NCBI GenBank assembly: GCA_963665815.1
Contig: OY762463.1
Location: 3,744,001 to 3,808,000, forward strand
Reading direction: 5' to 3'
Length of the DNA: 64,000 bases
DNA from: Candidatus Cloacimonadales bacterium
GTDB taxonomy: Bacteria; Cloacimonadota; Cloacimonadia; Cloacimonadales; JAIOQZ01
Part shown: in pieces, positions 38,454-49,026 of the stretch
Layout of the letters: every line of letters begins with the position of its first letter
Position numbering within the stretch: position 1 is the stretch's first letter
Made by a program: the position numbers and the translations under genes
Notes under the pieces: generated by a model
What the model was told of the DNA's origin: nothing
What the model saw: only the letters and a program-made list of their open reading frames with translations
Databases searched by the model: none

Positions 38454-39917
38454 TTAAAACTGGAAGTAAATAAAATCTTGAGAACTGCCTTCAAAGATTA
38501 CAAGAAAAAATACAATAAGTATATATATACTCCATCTTGCAAATTTGAACTCAAGTTTAGATAATCCATTTATTCCATATTGCTCTTCTCTACCAAACCA
38601 TTCTATAGTAATCATCAGAGCAATTGCTATAATCGTAAATCCAAAATCTGTTAAAAGTCGTCCTCCCCAAGATTCGGGAAAAACATTAGAGAACTCCCTA
38701 CCGGAGAAGATTCCTGAAATATATCTGAAAGCGTGTTTTATATTTTCTGCCCTGAAAAAAATCCAGGCGAAAACGGTCATTGTAAAAGTAGCTAGAATTT
38801 GAAACAGTTCTTTTAATGAAGGTAACAGCTTGTTCTTTGCAACTATTTCTACATTGTTTCTGTTACTGTTACTTAATAGAAGCGGTAAGAAATAAAGCGC
38901 ATTTAACGCACCCCAGAATATGAAAGTCCAGTTTGCACCATGCCAGAAACCGCTTACGATAAAAATTATAAAAGTGTTTCTGATTTTAGATAGAGTTCCA
39001 CCTCTACTACCTCCTAATGGAATATAAAGATAATCTCTGAACCAGGTGGAGAGTGAAATATGCCATCGTCGCCAGAATTCTGCTATATCTCTGGAAAAGT
39101 ATGGGAAAGCAAAGTTTCTCATCAAGTTAAAACCAAATAATCGAGAAGTACCTATTGCAATATCTGAATAACCTGAAAAGTCGCCATATATCTGAAAAGT
39201 AAAAAACAATGCACCTAAAACAAGTGTGCTGCTGCTCATATCATTCGAGTTGTTAAAAATCATATTTGCAAACTCAGCACAATTGTCTGCTACAACTACT
39301 TTTTTGAATAATCCCCAAAGTATTTGACGCATTCCGTCAGAGGCTTCTGAATAATTGAAAGTGCGTTTTTTATAAAATTGTGGAAGTAAATTCTTTGCTC
39401 TTTCAATTGGTCCGGCAACCAATTGAGGGAAAAAACTTACAAATGCTGAGAAAGCAATAAAGTCTTCTGTTGGTTCCAGCTTTTTTTTGTAAACATCTAT
39501 TGTATAGCTCATAGTCTGAAAAGTATAGAAACTGATACCAACCGGGAGAATTATATTCAGAGTGTCTGCTTTAATTTGAGCACCAAACAGAGAAAAGACG
39601 GCTATGAAGTTACCAAGGAAGAAGTTATAATATTTAAAGAAACCTAAGAATCCAAGATTTGCAAAAATGCTAATACATAGAAGCACTTTACGTTTCAGTA
39701 TTTTGTCTTCCTTTTTAAGTTTTATTCCAATTGTATAGTCAATAAATGTGCTAAAGGCAATTAATGATAAAAATCGCCAATCCCACCAGCCATAAAAAAC
39801 ATAGCTGGCGATAACAATAAGTAAATTCTGAAGTTTTAGATTCCTGTTTGTCACAAACCAATATAGTATAAATACTACCGGTAAGAATATAGCAAAATCA
39901 ATTGAGTTAAAAAACAT
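38454..39917 (-). CDS. MBOAT family O-acyltransferase (AlgI/DltB-like)
   Basis: LPVGISFYTFQ, FFPQLVAGPIER, FSGYSDIA, FWRRWHISLSTW and SGFWHGA motifs. Confidence 0.95.
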   Translation of the reverse strand: MFFNSIDFAIFLPVVFILYWFVTNRNLKLQNLLIVIASYVFYGWWDWRFLSLIAFSTFIDYTIGIKLKKEDKILKRKVLLCISIFANLGFLGFFKYYNFFLGNFIAVFSLFGAQIKADTLNIILPVGISFYTFQTMSYTIDVYKKKLEPTEDFIAFSAFVSFFPQLVAGPIERAKNLLPQFYKKRTFNYSEASDGMRQILWGLFKKVVVADNCAEFANMIFNNSNDMSSSTLVLGALFFTFQIYGDFSGYSDIAIGTSRLFGFNLMRNFAFPYFSRDIAEFWRRWHISLSTWFRDYLYIPLGGSRGGTLSKIRNTFIIFIVSGFWHGANWTFIFWGALNALYFLPLLLSNSNRNNVEIVAKNKLLPSLKELFQILATFTMTVFAWIFFRAENIKHAFRYISGIFSGREFSNVFPESWGGRLLTDFGFTIIAIALMITIEWFGREEQYGINGLSKLEFKFARWSIYILIVFFLVIFEGSSQDFIYFQF

Positions 39918-39923
39918 AAGTGT

Positions 39924-40136
39924 CTATCTCCTATGACCTATAAACAATTGATTTGCAGTTTTAGATAAAGCCCATAAGCTTGCAGACATCAATATAGAAA
40001 TTGTATTCTTTAAAACTGAATCTGTTTTGCCTGTACTTCGCTCTCTCCATAGGATTCCTGAAGTACTATAGCTTAGATTATTGAAGTATATAGACGCAAT
40101 TGTAAATACGAAAAGCCCTAAAAGCAGCTTTATCAT
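39924..40136 (-). pseudogene. Truncated remnant of a fourth array gene (N-terminus only)
   Basis: MIKLLLGLFVFTIASIYFNNL resembles MKKLLFLLITITIASMCFGEL and is preceded by the same intergenic repeat unit. Confidence 0.6.
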
Positions 40137-40195
40137 TTTTTCCCCTTTCTATGAGCTGGCACATACACCTATATGACATCTCTAACATTTATAAT

Positions 40196-42997
40196 CTATT
40201 TCAGCATTACACATTTTTTAACAGCCTGTGTTTTGCCGTTGTAATCCACTTTATAGAAATATACTCCTGAACTAACAGTTTTGTTTGCAGAGTCTGTTCC
40301 ATTCCACTCAATTTTATGTCGTCCCTGCTTCAATTTTCTGTCAACCAATGTTTTTACCTTTTGTCCTTTCATATTGTATATGGTGATTTCTACATCCGAA
40401 TCATCTTTAATGTTGAAGGATATATTGGTGGATGGGTTGAACGGATTCGGGTAGTTGGTGATGTTGGCTGAGAAAGACGGGGCAGAGGTGTCTGAGTTTG
40501 GGACTTGAGTATAGTTTTCCCGCCAGTAAATCTCTCCTCTCGCAGCATTGAAGTACAGAAAATCTGAATCACCGTCTAAATCAACATCAACAATTCTGTA
40601 AATGTTTGCAATGTTGTTTTGTAAATCTATTGTTGTAAAGTTAGCGTTACCGTCGTTTTCAAGAAGGATTCGGTGGTTCCCTGTTCCATATTCATAATAG
40701 GCAATTATTACATCCTTATCGTTGTCATTATCAAAATCTTGTATTTCGAAAGAAATATCTTCAGAAGTATTACTGTATATGTTAACTAAATCAGAATAAT
40801 TCTGAGAATTAATCATGGTTGATAAATTGAGTGTATGATTGTCACTTGATACAAAAATAACATCCGGTTGATCATCATTGTTAAAGTCGGCTACTCCATA
40901 ACTGTAAATTTCAGAATTATTGCTTGTGTTAAACAATAAAGTCGCTTGAGAATTCAGATTATTTCCCGGTGTGTTCTCTATCCAGAAAAGACTGTCACAA
41001 AATAGATTGTAATTATAATTGCTATAAACAAAATCCTTATCCCCATCATTATCAATGTCGAAGAATAGACCATTCTGCAGATCTTTCCCTGAAATATTGG
41101 TTTCTATTCCGGTATCCGAAATATTGACAGTGTTTCCGTATACCTCAATCTCATGCCAATAGGTATCAAGCTGCATGTTCTCACTAACCACCTGAAAAAT
41201 TTCCTGATCTCCATCAAAATCGTAGTCCATTAAACCGCACGTTTCTAATGTGGGGCGTGTTACCTCTGCAAAATGCATTGTATAGCAGGTTGAATATCTG
41301 TTAAAGAGAATTTCGGTGTTTGGATTCGCAATGCCTATAAACTGAGAAATATCACACACTTCAACTCCTGACTCAACATTCCAGGATCGCTCATCGCGAT
41401 AAAATGATATGTCGGAATAAGAATCATTATTTATGTCTGAGAAAGAAAAATAACCCTGATTCAGACTGTTTGACATTGGATGATCATTGTGGACTTCGTG
41501 GATAGCAATGCAATCGGAAATCTGTTGGTAATTATTGTAGGACGCTTCATTTAGAATATCAGGTATTGAGTACAGACATCCTGTATTAGAAGCATAAACA
41601 ATATCAGGGATTTGATTCGAATTTAAATCTACACACATGATACTTGATGCAGGGAAAGGGAAGTTATTGCTAAGTGTTACTTTTGAATAAGTTGTATCCG
41701 GGCTGCTAGTCCAGAAACAATATTCATTATTCGTGGTGGAATTTTGAATAACATCCAGTATGTTATCATTATTGATATCATTGATATGATAAGTTTGCCC
41801 AGAGCTATTCAATATTGCGCTGTTAGCAACATTTACTTCATCAAATGAAATGATGTTTGTCGAGTTATTAATATTAATCTCGATGTAATAATCTGTATTT
41901 ATTATATCCGGAAGATTATCATCATTAAGATCAACAAGTTTCCCTAATGGAATATCGTATGAATTAGAGAAAGCAAAACCAGGGTTAGAGTTTAACACAA
42001 CCCTGTCTTCATCATAGAATCCGTCTTCATTCTCATAAAAAAACTTGAATATGCAATCTACCATTCCGTCGTTATTCATATCTTGCAAACTATTAATATA
42101 GCAAAAATCATTTAAATAAATCATACTTGAATAATTATAATTATATTCAGTGTAATTACTGTAGTTACCGGCATTATTTAAGAAACATCTCAATGATCCC
42201 TGACTGTTATTATCACGAATAGCAAGGAAAATATCTGTATCCATATCCGAATCATAATCGGCGAAATGAACTCTGTCCCATGGGAAATTGTTACCATTAT
42301 TTACGAGCAATAGTTCTTCAGAGAAATTGAAGTTTCCATTATTCGTAAGCAACACAACTTCTGTTTCATGGACGAGAAATATATCTGGTAAATCGTCCTG
42401 ATTAATCTTGCCCACACTGAAGTTAGTTGTATTAACCGGATTAGGGTAGGAAAAAACCTCGAAAAGACCATTATTAAAGCTGAATACTTTTAAGCTGTCA
42501 TCGGTATTAATAATATACTCTTCTTCTCCGTCATTGTTCAAATCTACGGGTTTAATCTGTATCTCATTGTTGACCAAAACGTTATTGCAAACTTGCATCT
42601 CTGGTGAAATTGTATGTGCCTGCAGGTTAACATCCTGATAGGAAATACTACTCACAAGATGTATTCCCCAGTATGTGCCTAACCATAATCTCATAATGTT
42701 TTCTTGGGGAAAGGAGCATTTTAAAACTGGTCCTGAGATTGAGTTTTCCGGAAGAATATCTGTTATGTTGACTTCACTATTATTTTCTGTCATGTTTGTA
42801 ATAGCATAGAGACTACCATCTATTTCCGAGTACATTATGCCATCTTTGACTCCATCATCATTAATGTCTTCGACTGCAATGATCTCACCATCAGGGCATT
42901 GTATTTTATAAATCATCTTCTTTTCACTGAGATTAAGCTCTCCAAAACACATGGACGCAATTGTAATAGTAATTAGTAGAAATAGTAACTTTTTCAT
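40196..42997 (-). CDS. Secreted FG-GAP/VCBS-repeat protein with FlgD/T9SS-type C-terminal domain (copy 1)
   Basis: Signal peptide, many DxDxDGxxD repeats and C-terminal NYPNPFNPST..WNGTD..SGVYFYK. Confidence 0.88.
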   Translation of the reverse strand: MKKLLFLLITITIASMCFGELNLSEKKMIYKIQCPDGEIIAVEDINDDGVKDGIMYSEIDGSLYAITNMTENNSEVNITDILPENSISGPVLKCSFPQENIMRLWLGTYWGIHLVSSISYQDVNLQAHTISPEMQVCNNVLVNNEIQIKPVDLNNDGEEEYIINTDDSLKVFSFNNGLFEVFSYPNPVNTTNFSVGKINQDDLPDIFLVHETEVVLLTNNGNFNFSEELLLVNNGNNFPWDRVHFADYDSDMDTDIFLAIRDNNSQGSLRCFLNNAGNYSNYTEYNYNYSSMIYLNDFCYINSLQDMNNDGMVDCIFKFFYENEDGFYDEDRVVLNSNPGFAFSNSYDIPLGKLVDLNDDNLPDIINTDYYIEININNSTNIISFDEVNVANSAILNSSGQTYHINDINNDNILDVIQNSTTNNEYCFWTSSPDTTYSKVTLSNNFPFPASSIMCVDLNSNQIPDIVYASNTGCLYSIPDILNEASYNNYQQISDCIAIHEVHNDHPMSNSLNQGYFSFSDINNDSYSDISFYRDERSWNVESGVEVCDISQFIGIANPNTEILFNRYSTCYTMHFAEVTRPTLETCGLMDYDFDGDQEIFQVVSENMQLDTYWHEIEVYGNTVNISDTGIETNISGKDLQNGLFFDIDNDGDKDFVYSNYNYNLFCDSLFWIENTPGNNLNSQATLLFNTSNNSEIYSYGVADFNNDDQPDVIFVSSDNHTLNLSTMINSQNYSDLVNIYSNTSEDISFEIQDFDNDNDKDVIIAYYEYGTGNHRILLENDGNANFTTIDLQNNIANIYRIVDVDLDGDSDFLYFNAARGEIYWRENYTQVPNSDTSAPSFSANITNYPNPFNPSTNISFNIKDDSDVEITIYNMKGQKVKTLVDRKLKQGRHKIEWNGTDSANKTVSSGVYFYKVDYNGKTQAVKKCVMLK

Positions 42998-43055
42998 TGT
43001 TTATCCCCTTCTTAGCCGGCATATACCCCTATATGACAGCTCTAATATTTATAAT
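42998..43055 (-). repeat. Intergenic repeat unit of the array (other copies about 40137-40195, 45855-45912, diverged 49027-49085)
   Basis: ATTATAAAT.TTAGAG..GTCATATAGG.GTAT.TGCC.GCT..AAGGGGA shared between copies. Confidence 0.85.
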
Positions 43056-45854
43056 CTATTTCAGCATTACACACTTTTTGACAGCTTGTGTTTTGCCATT
43101 GTAATTTACTTTATAGAAATATACTCCTGAACCCACTGTTTGATTTGCAGAATTCGTTCCATTCCACTCAACTTTATGCTGTCCCTGCTGGAATTTCTTA
43201 TCAACCAGTGTTTTTACCTTTTGTCCCTTCATATTGTATATGGTGATTTCTACGTCTGTATCTTCTTTTATGTTGAAAGATATGTTTGTGGACGGGTTGA
43301 ACGGGTTAGGGTAGTTGGTGATGTTGGCTGAGAAAGACGGGGCAGAGGTGTCGGAGTTGGGGACCTGGGTATAGTTTTCCCGCCAGTAAATCTCTCCTCT
43401 CGCTGCATCAAAGTACAAGAAGTCAAGGTCACCATCGAAGTCCAGATCAACCAAATCTGCAACATGGTTACAATAATCATCTATCTGCATGTTCTGGAAA
43501 AGCATATAGCCCCTATTCTCTAATATATCTACATAACTGTTTCCGGAATATATAATAATATCAGTGTAACCGTCATCATCAACATCTGAAACTGAGATTT
43601 TGTTGATTTGTGTGTTACCATTAGCATATAGCAATATAACATCATTAAAATCCCCACTTATTCTTCTTGTTGCAGCAAAAACTTTATGTCGATAATCATC
43701 AACAAAAAGTATATCTGTCAGACCATCATTGTTTAAATCACTTACCTCAAAAAATCTGATAAGCTCTGAGTATTGGCTACCTGTATAAAGCAGCTGGGAA
43801 GCTGAATTAAGGTTATTACCGTGAGTATTTTCTATCCAGAGCAGGCTGTCAGTTCTTTTGAAAACAAAATCATCATCTCCATCAATATCAATATCTCTGA
43901 ATATTCCGGAGGCAAGCTCTCTATGTGTAAGTAAGCTCATTGCAAATGAATCAGAAATTGTACAGCCATTGTTATCAAAGCTTAAATCATACCAATAAGT
44001 TCTGAGTTTATACGCGTTGTAATAGTCCTGTTCAGTACAGTAAAGGTTAGGATTACCATCAAAATCATAATCCATAATTCTCATAGCTTGTTGGTTCAAT
44101 AAACTGTTACAATTGCCATATGAAACTGTACTTAGAGGCATAACTTGATCAAATATCGGTACAGTTGAATGTCCACCAAGAGAATAGGACATTGATATGT
44201 CAGTACCATATGTTCCTGTACTGATTGAACTCCATTTATAAACTCCATAATATATAAAATCTAAATAGCTGTCATTATTTATATCGTCAAAATAGAAGTC
44301 TGAGCTCAAGTATGACCAGTTGTATTCATAACCATTACCGCTTTCATGTTGCTTAATACAGTTTGTGATTCTCTCAATTTCAATGTCTTCAGCTTCTTCA
44401 AAATTTACAATTTTGTAGAAACAACCAGAAGATGATGAGAAAACAATAGCGTTACCCTCAGACATCACAGGAGCTATCAGTATATTATCTTTCGGTACAG
44501 GAATCTCCCTTTGAAAGGAGGAACATATGTATGTGTGTCCTGATTCACTTAAGCATTTCAGTATTTTATTATCAACTAGCATGATTTGAATAATATCTAG
44601 CATAGAATCATTATTAATATCTGTAATAGTATAATTGTTTGCATTAATTGTGCTGTCAAAATTGATAGTCATTCGGCTAAATGTAATTGGAGACACAGGA
44701 ATATTGACGTATAGCAATCCAGTTTGGCTATTATTAATGCTGAAAATATCAGGATAACCATCAGAATTGAAATCTACAAAATCTCCATTAGGAAGGTCTA
44801 TTTGGTAGCTAACATCAAAGTTGCAATTAATATTTAGAATCAGTTTTCTGTCGGTTACAAAGTCATAGTCTGCTCTTTGAAAGATAAGATCAGCACAATT
44901 ATCTCCATTTAAGTCAATAAATTGAGCATTTATGAAATCAAAATATCCATAGTTCTCCTGTAGATCGCTTCTGTCAAAGCTATGCATATCTATAGAAGAG
45001 TAAGATCCTGAATTGTTTATATAGCATTTGATATAAATACTGTTGTCATCCATATCTCCTCTCTCTATAATATCAGTATCCCCATCGCCATCGTAATCAA
45101 CAATATCAATGTTATAGTGTTCCGTATTATATGTGTAAAAAATAGAGTTAACTTGAATGCTGCTGAGGGAAAAACCTAGATTCCCTGTATTTATCATTAT
45201 AATTGCTTCGGTTGCTGTAAGTAGAATGAGATCAGAGAAAACATCATCATTTACATTTGCGACAACACATCTCTGAACATATGATTGTGAACTTATGGAG
45301 TACATTTCAACCAGATTATTAGCCTCATCGATTTTGAAAACAGTTAAACCATCGATATTTAAAGAAATTAACTCGTTTATATTGTCATTATCAAAGTCTG
45401 CAACTAAAGTGTTAAATGTATTTGATTCTATTAGATGCTCATTTGAAATTGAATGATGTTCAATGTCGATTATCTGGGCAAAATCATTTAGATTCTGGTC
45501 TTGATCATAGGGATGATCATAATTACAAAGTAAAACTCTCGAATTGTCAATAATATGAAATGCTTTATCTGCATATTGTGTTTCAATCCCTTGAATTGAT
45601 CCCGGAGCCAATATTTGCTCAAATGTCATTATTGTATCTCTTGAGCCGATATTCGTTACTAAATAGAGGCTTTGATCATGATCGGAATACATTAATCCAT
45701 CCTTTATCCCATCTCCAGTATAATCATGAAACAACTTGAACTCTCCATCAGGACAAGGTGTATCAATAATCATCTTCTTTTCGCTGAGATTGAGCTCTCC
45801 AAAACACATAGACACAATTGTTATAGTAATTAGTAGAAATAGCAGCTTTTTCAT
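43056..45854 (-). CDS. Secreted FG-GAP/VCBS-repeat protein with FlgD/T9SS-type C-terminal domain (copy 2)
   Basis: Same architecture as copy 1. Confidence 0.88.
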   Translation of the reverse strand: MKKLLFLLITITIVSMCFGELNLSEKKMIIDTPCPDGEFKLFHDYTGDGIKDGLMYSDHDQSLYLVTNIGSRDTIMTFEQILAPGSIQGIETQYADKAFHIIDNSRVLLCNYDHPYDQDQNLNDFAQIIDIEHHSISNEHLIESNTFNTLVADFDNDNINELISLNIDGLTVFKIDEANNLVEMYSISSQSYVQRCVVANVNDDVFSDLILLTATEAIIMINTGNLGFSLSSIQVNSIFYTYNTEHYNIDIVDYDGDGDTDIIERGDMDDNSIYIKCYINNSGSYSSIDMHSFDRSDLQENYGYFDFINAQFIDLNGDNCADLIFQRADYDFVTDRKLILNINCNFDVSYQIDLPNGDFVDFNSDGYPDIFSINNSQTGLLYVNIPVSPITFSRMTINFDSTINANNYTITDINNDSMLDIIQIMLVDNKILKCLSESGHTYICSSFQREIPVPKDNILIAPVMSEGNAIVFSSSSGCFYKIVNFEEAEDIEIERITNCIKQHESGNGYEYNWSYLSSDFYFDDINNDSYLDFIYYGVYKWSSISTGTYGTDISMSYSLGGHSTVPIFDQVMPLSTVSYGNCNSLLNQQAMRIMDYDFDGNPNLYCTEQDYYNAYKLRTYWYDLSFDNNGCTISDSFAMSLLTHRELASGIFRDIDIDGDDDFVFKRTDSLLWIENTHGNNLNSASQLLYTGSQYSELIRFFEVSDLNNDGLTDILFVDDYRHKVFAATRRISGDFNDVILLYANGNTQINKISVSDVDDDGYTDIIIYSGNSYVDILENRGYMLFQNMQIDDYCNHVADLVDLDFDGDLDFLYFDAARGEIYWRENYTQVPNSDTSAPSFSANITNYPNPFNPSTNISFNIKEDTDVEITIYNMKGQKVKTLVDKKFQQGQHKVEWNGTNSANQTVGSGVYFYKVNYNGKTQAVKKCVMLK

Positions 45855-45912
45855 TTTTTATCCCCTTTTTAGCCGGCATATACCCCTATATGACTGCTCT
45901 AATATTTATAAT

Positions 45913-46035
45913 CTATTTCAGCATCACACATTTTTTAACAGCCTGTGTTTTGCCATTGTAATCCACTTTATAGAAATATACACCTGAGCTTACAGATTTA
46001 GATACAGAATCTGTTCCATTTACCTGAACTTTCAT
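45913..46035 (-). pseudogene. Orphan duplicate of the last ~35 codons of the array genes
   Basis: Translates MKVQVNGTDSVSKSVSSGVYFYKVDYNGKTQAVKKCVMLK*, nearly identical in DNA to 46249-46355. Confidence 0.8.
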
Positions 46036-46180
46036 TTTTTGTATGCAACAAAAAACGAAACAAAAAAATGCACCAACGGAGAATTAATTAACTCAAGATT
46101 TTGAACAGCTATTGAAAGTTAGGCTCACTTCGTTCAGACACGAAACTTCCAATGACGCTGTTCATGCATCTTTCGGTGCA
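46035..46180. repeat. Imperfect palindromic element (REP/MITE-like)
   Basis: TTTTTTGT/ACAAAAAA hairpin, then nested arms TGCACC/GGTGCA, TGAACAGC/GCTGTTCA and ATTG-AAGTT/AACTT-CAAT around GGCTCACTTCGTTCAGACA. Confidence 0.5.
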
Positions 46181-46248
46181 AAGCACACATAATAAATTCT
46201 CAAGTTGGACAAGAGAACAACTACATTGTTCAATGAGTCGTCTTGAAT

Positions 46249-49026
46249 CTATTTCAGCATCACACATTTTTTAACAGCCTGTGTTTTGCCATTGTAATCC
46301 ACTTTATAGAAATATACACCTGATCCTACAGATTTATTTGCAGAATCTGTTCCATTCCACTCAACTTTATGCTGTCCCTGTCCGAATTTTCTGTCAACCA
46401 GTGTTTTTACCTTTTGTCCTTTAATGTTGTATATGGTGATTTCCACGTCTGTATCTTCCTTTATGTTGAAAGATATGTTTGTGGAAGGATTGAACGGATT
46501 CGGGTAGTTGGTGATGCTAGCTGAGAAAGACGGGGCAGAGGTGTCGGAAGTAGGATTGTAAACCAGATTTTTTTTCCAGTAAACTTGACCTTTGTTAGTA
46601 TCAAAATATAGAAAATCTATGTCACCATCAAAATCAATATCTGTAACATTCCATAAGTTATCTTCATTGTCTGCTGTATAAACAATACTGAAGTTTTGCG
46701 ATCCGTTGTTTTGTAGTAATGAAATCGAATTATGTAAATTATAGTTTATTATTATATCCTTATCATAGTCTCTGTCAATGTCTTGAAGTTTGAGTTTAGA
46801 TATGGATGATTCACTTTGAAAAATCTGGTTAAGATCATTAAAACTTGATTCTGTTGCTTCAGCACAATAGAGAGTGGTTCTGTCTTCAGTTAACAAAATA
46901 ATATCAGCCAGATTATCGCCGGTAATATCTTCGATTGAAAAGCTTGCAAAACTATGCAATGAATCCGTAGTAAACAGTAAACTTGGCGTGGAATTGAGAT
47001 CATTGCCAGGAGCGTTCTCAATCCAGAATATACTATCGCAGTAACTGTCATATCCATAATTATAATTTCCAAAGACGAAATCCTCATCTCCGTCATCATC
47101 TATATCAAATCGTTTTCCTTTATTAAGTTTCGCAGTTGAAATATTTCCGGGTAAAGTTGATGCGATACTTCCGGGAATACGGATATGCCAGATTGTACTA
47201 TAGTTATTGTCAGAAATCTCTTCTGCCTGATAAATATCCGGTAGACCATCGAAATCAAAGTCCAAAAAATCAAGATCTTTATCGGAAAGCTGTCCTGATA
47301 CATCTATTGTTATGTTCCAATTGTGGATGCTCTCCAAGTGAGTCTCAGAAGACATATACATAATACTGGAGCACATTGTAAGATATGAATAAATAGATCT
47401 ACAAATACCCATGGAATAATTATACTTGTAATAAACAAGATCAAGTATACTGTCATTATTAATGTCCATCAGGGTGAATTTAGAATATCCTGTACCGGAT
47501 GAATCTCCATGGCCTGATGAACTACTTGTATAGGGGAAAGGAGCTGATAATCTTTGCAATACTTGAGGAGTATTTGACTGAAGTACGTCAAAAGACCCAT
47601 AGAAGCGGTTATCAGTACTTTTAAAGAGTAACTCAGGATTATTATTCTGATCTATATCAGAAAAAAAAATAAAGTTACCAATTGCTTTGTCAGCTCTCCC
47701 TTTTGATGTTTTTCTAAAAGTATTGTCGTTGTTGGAGATATAAAAATGCAGATTATCTTTATAGCATGAAGACTGAATCAGATCAAGGATATTGTCGTTA
47801 TTAAGATCTGTTATTAAGGAGAGTGGATATCCCCAACCGGTTGGATTTTCTTCAATCGTAAGTTCTGTGAAGCTACCTGAACTGTCTGAGTTGTTGTAAT
47901 AATATTTAAATTCATCATAAATCGATACTAAATCCGGTAAAGAGTCATTATTAACGTCAAGTGTCTTAACATAAGGAAAATCATCATCAAATGTAATATT
48001 ATAGTTTCCATTTTCATTAAAAACGATTTCACTCTCCATCCAAGAATCGTAAGAATCAAAACCGTCCCAATCTCTGTAGTGCTCTGAAAACAGTAAATCT
48101 GCCTTATTGTCATTATTCAAATCAATTATTTCCTCCAGGATAAAATAATCCATGTCTAATGGTGGATTTAGAATTGAGTATGAGTTGGAAACAGAACTGC
48201 TGAAATCTCCATTATTATTGATATAACATGTAATAGTTCCCTGAACGTAATTTCCATAAAAATTAAAAATATCTGTGTCTGAGTCAGCATCATAATCGGC
48301 GAAGAAAATATCATTAAAACTGAAATTAACACTGTCCTGAATGCTAATGGGAGAGAATAGAAAATTACCCTCATTTCTAAGAATTATTATCTCATCTGGA
48401 CATGTTACAAAAATATCATCGAGAGAATCATTGTCATAGTTCCCAATAACTACTGCTTCTACATCATTGTAGACAAAACTGTAGCAAAGTGTATAGTTAT
48501 AATCATTGCTGAATACATCAAAACCACTAGGCTTTTGTATGATGAATTCATTTACATTGTCATTATTCAAATCAATTTCATCAAATTTATCGTCTGAAAT
48601 ATATCTGGGATTAACATTATCACAAAAAGTATGGGTTGGTGATATCTGATTATTTCCAAAGTTAACATCCTGGTACTTCAGTGGTCCCGTTGATTCATGA
48701 AAATCATCTATCCATAATCTTAAAGTATTGCTGTTTCTAAAATTGCATTTTAAAATCTTGCCTTCAATTGAACCCTCAGGTAGAATCTCAACAAAATTGA
48801 TTGCGGCATCACCTTCATTCATATTTGTAATAGCATAGAGACTACCATCTAATTCCGAGTATATAATGCCATCTTTGACTCCATCTCTATTAATGTCCTC
48901 GACTGCAATGATTTTACCATCAGGGCATTGTATTTTATAAATCATCTTCTTTTCACTGAGATTAAGCTCTCCAAAACACATGGACACAATTGTAATAGTA
49001 AATAGTACAAATAGTAATTTTTTCAT
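46249..49026 (-). CDS. Secreted FG-GAP/VCBS-repeat protein with FlgD/T9SS-type C-terminal domain (copy 3)
   Basis: Same architecture. Start set at MKKLLF (49026) by homology and the GGGGG RBS. Confidence 0.88.
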   Translation of the reverse strand: MKKLLFVLFTITIVSMCFGELNLSEKKMIYKIQCPDGKIIAVEDINRDGVKDGIIYSELDGSLYAITNMNEGDAAINFVEILPEGSIEGKILKCNFRNSNTLRLWIDDFHESTGPLKYQDVNFGNNQISPTHTFCDNVNPRYISDDKFDEIDLNNDNVNEFIIQKPSGFDVFSNDYNYTLCYSFVYNDVEAVVIGNYDNDSLDDIFVTCPDEIIILRNEGNFLFSPISIQDSVNFSFNDIFFADYDADSDTDIFNFYGNYVQGTITCYINNNGDFSSSVSNSYSILNPPLDMDYFILEEIIDLNNDNKADLLFSEHYRDWDGFDSYDSWMESEIVFNENGNYNITFDDDFPYVKTLDVNNDSLPDLVSIYDEFKYYYNNSDSSGSFTELTIEENPTGWGYPLSLITDLNNDNILDLIQSSCYKDNLHFYISNNDNTFRKTSKGRADKAIGNFIFFSDIDQNNNPELLFKSTDNRFYGSFDVLQSNTPQVLQRLSAPFPYTSSSSGHGDSSGTGYSKFTLMDINNDSILDLVYYKYNYSMGICRSIYSYLTMCSSIMYMSSETHLESIHNWNITIDVSGQLSDKDLDFLDFDFDGLPDIYQAEEISDNNYSTIWHIRIPGSIASTLPGNISTAKLNKGKRFDIDDDGDEDFVFGNYNYGYDSYCDSIFWIENAPGNDLNSTPSLLFTTDSLHSFASFSIEDITGDNLADIILLTEDRTTLYCAEATESSFNDLNQIFQSESSISKLKLQDIDRDYDKDIIINYNLHNSISLLQNNGSQNFSIVYTADNEDNLWNVTDIDFDGDIDFLYFDTNKGQVYWKKNLVYNPTSDTSAPSFSASITNYPNPFNPSTNISFNIKEDTDVEITIYNIKGQKVKTLVDRKFGQGQHKVEWNGTDSANKSVGSGVYFYKVDYNGKTQAVKKCVMLK

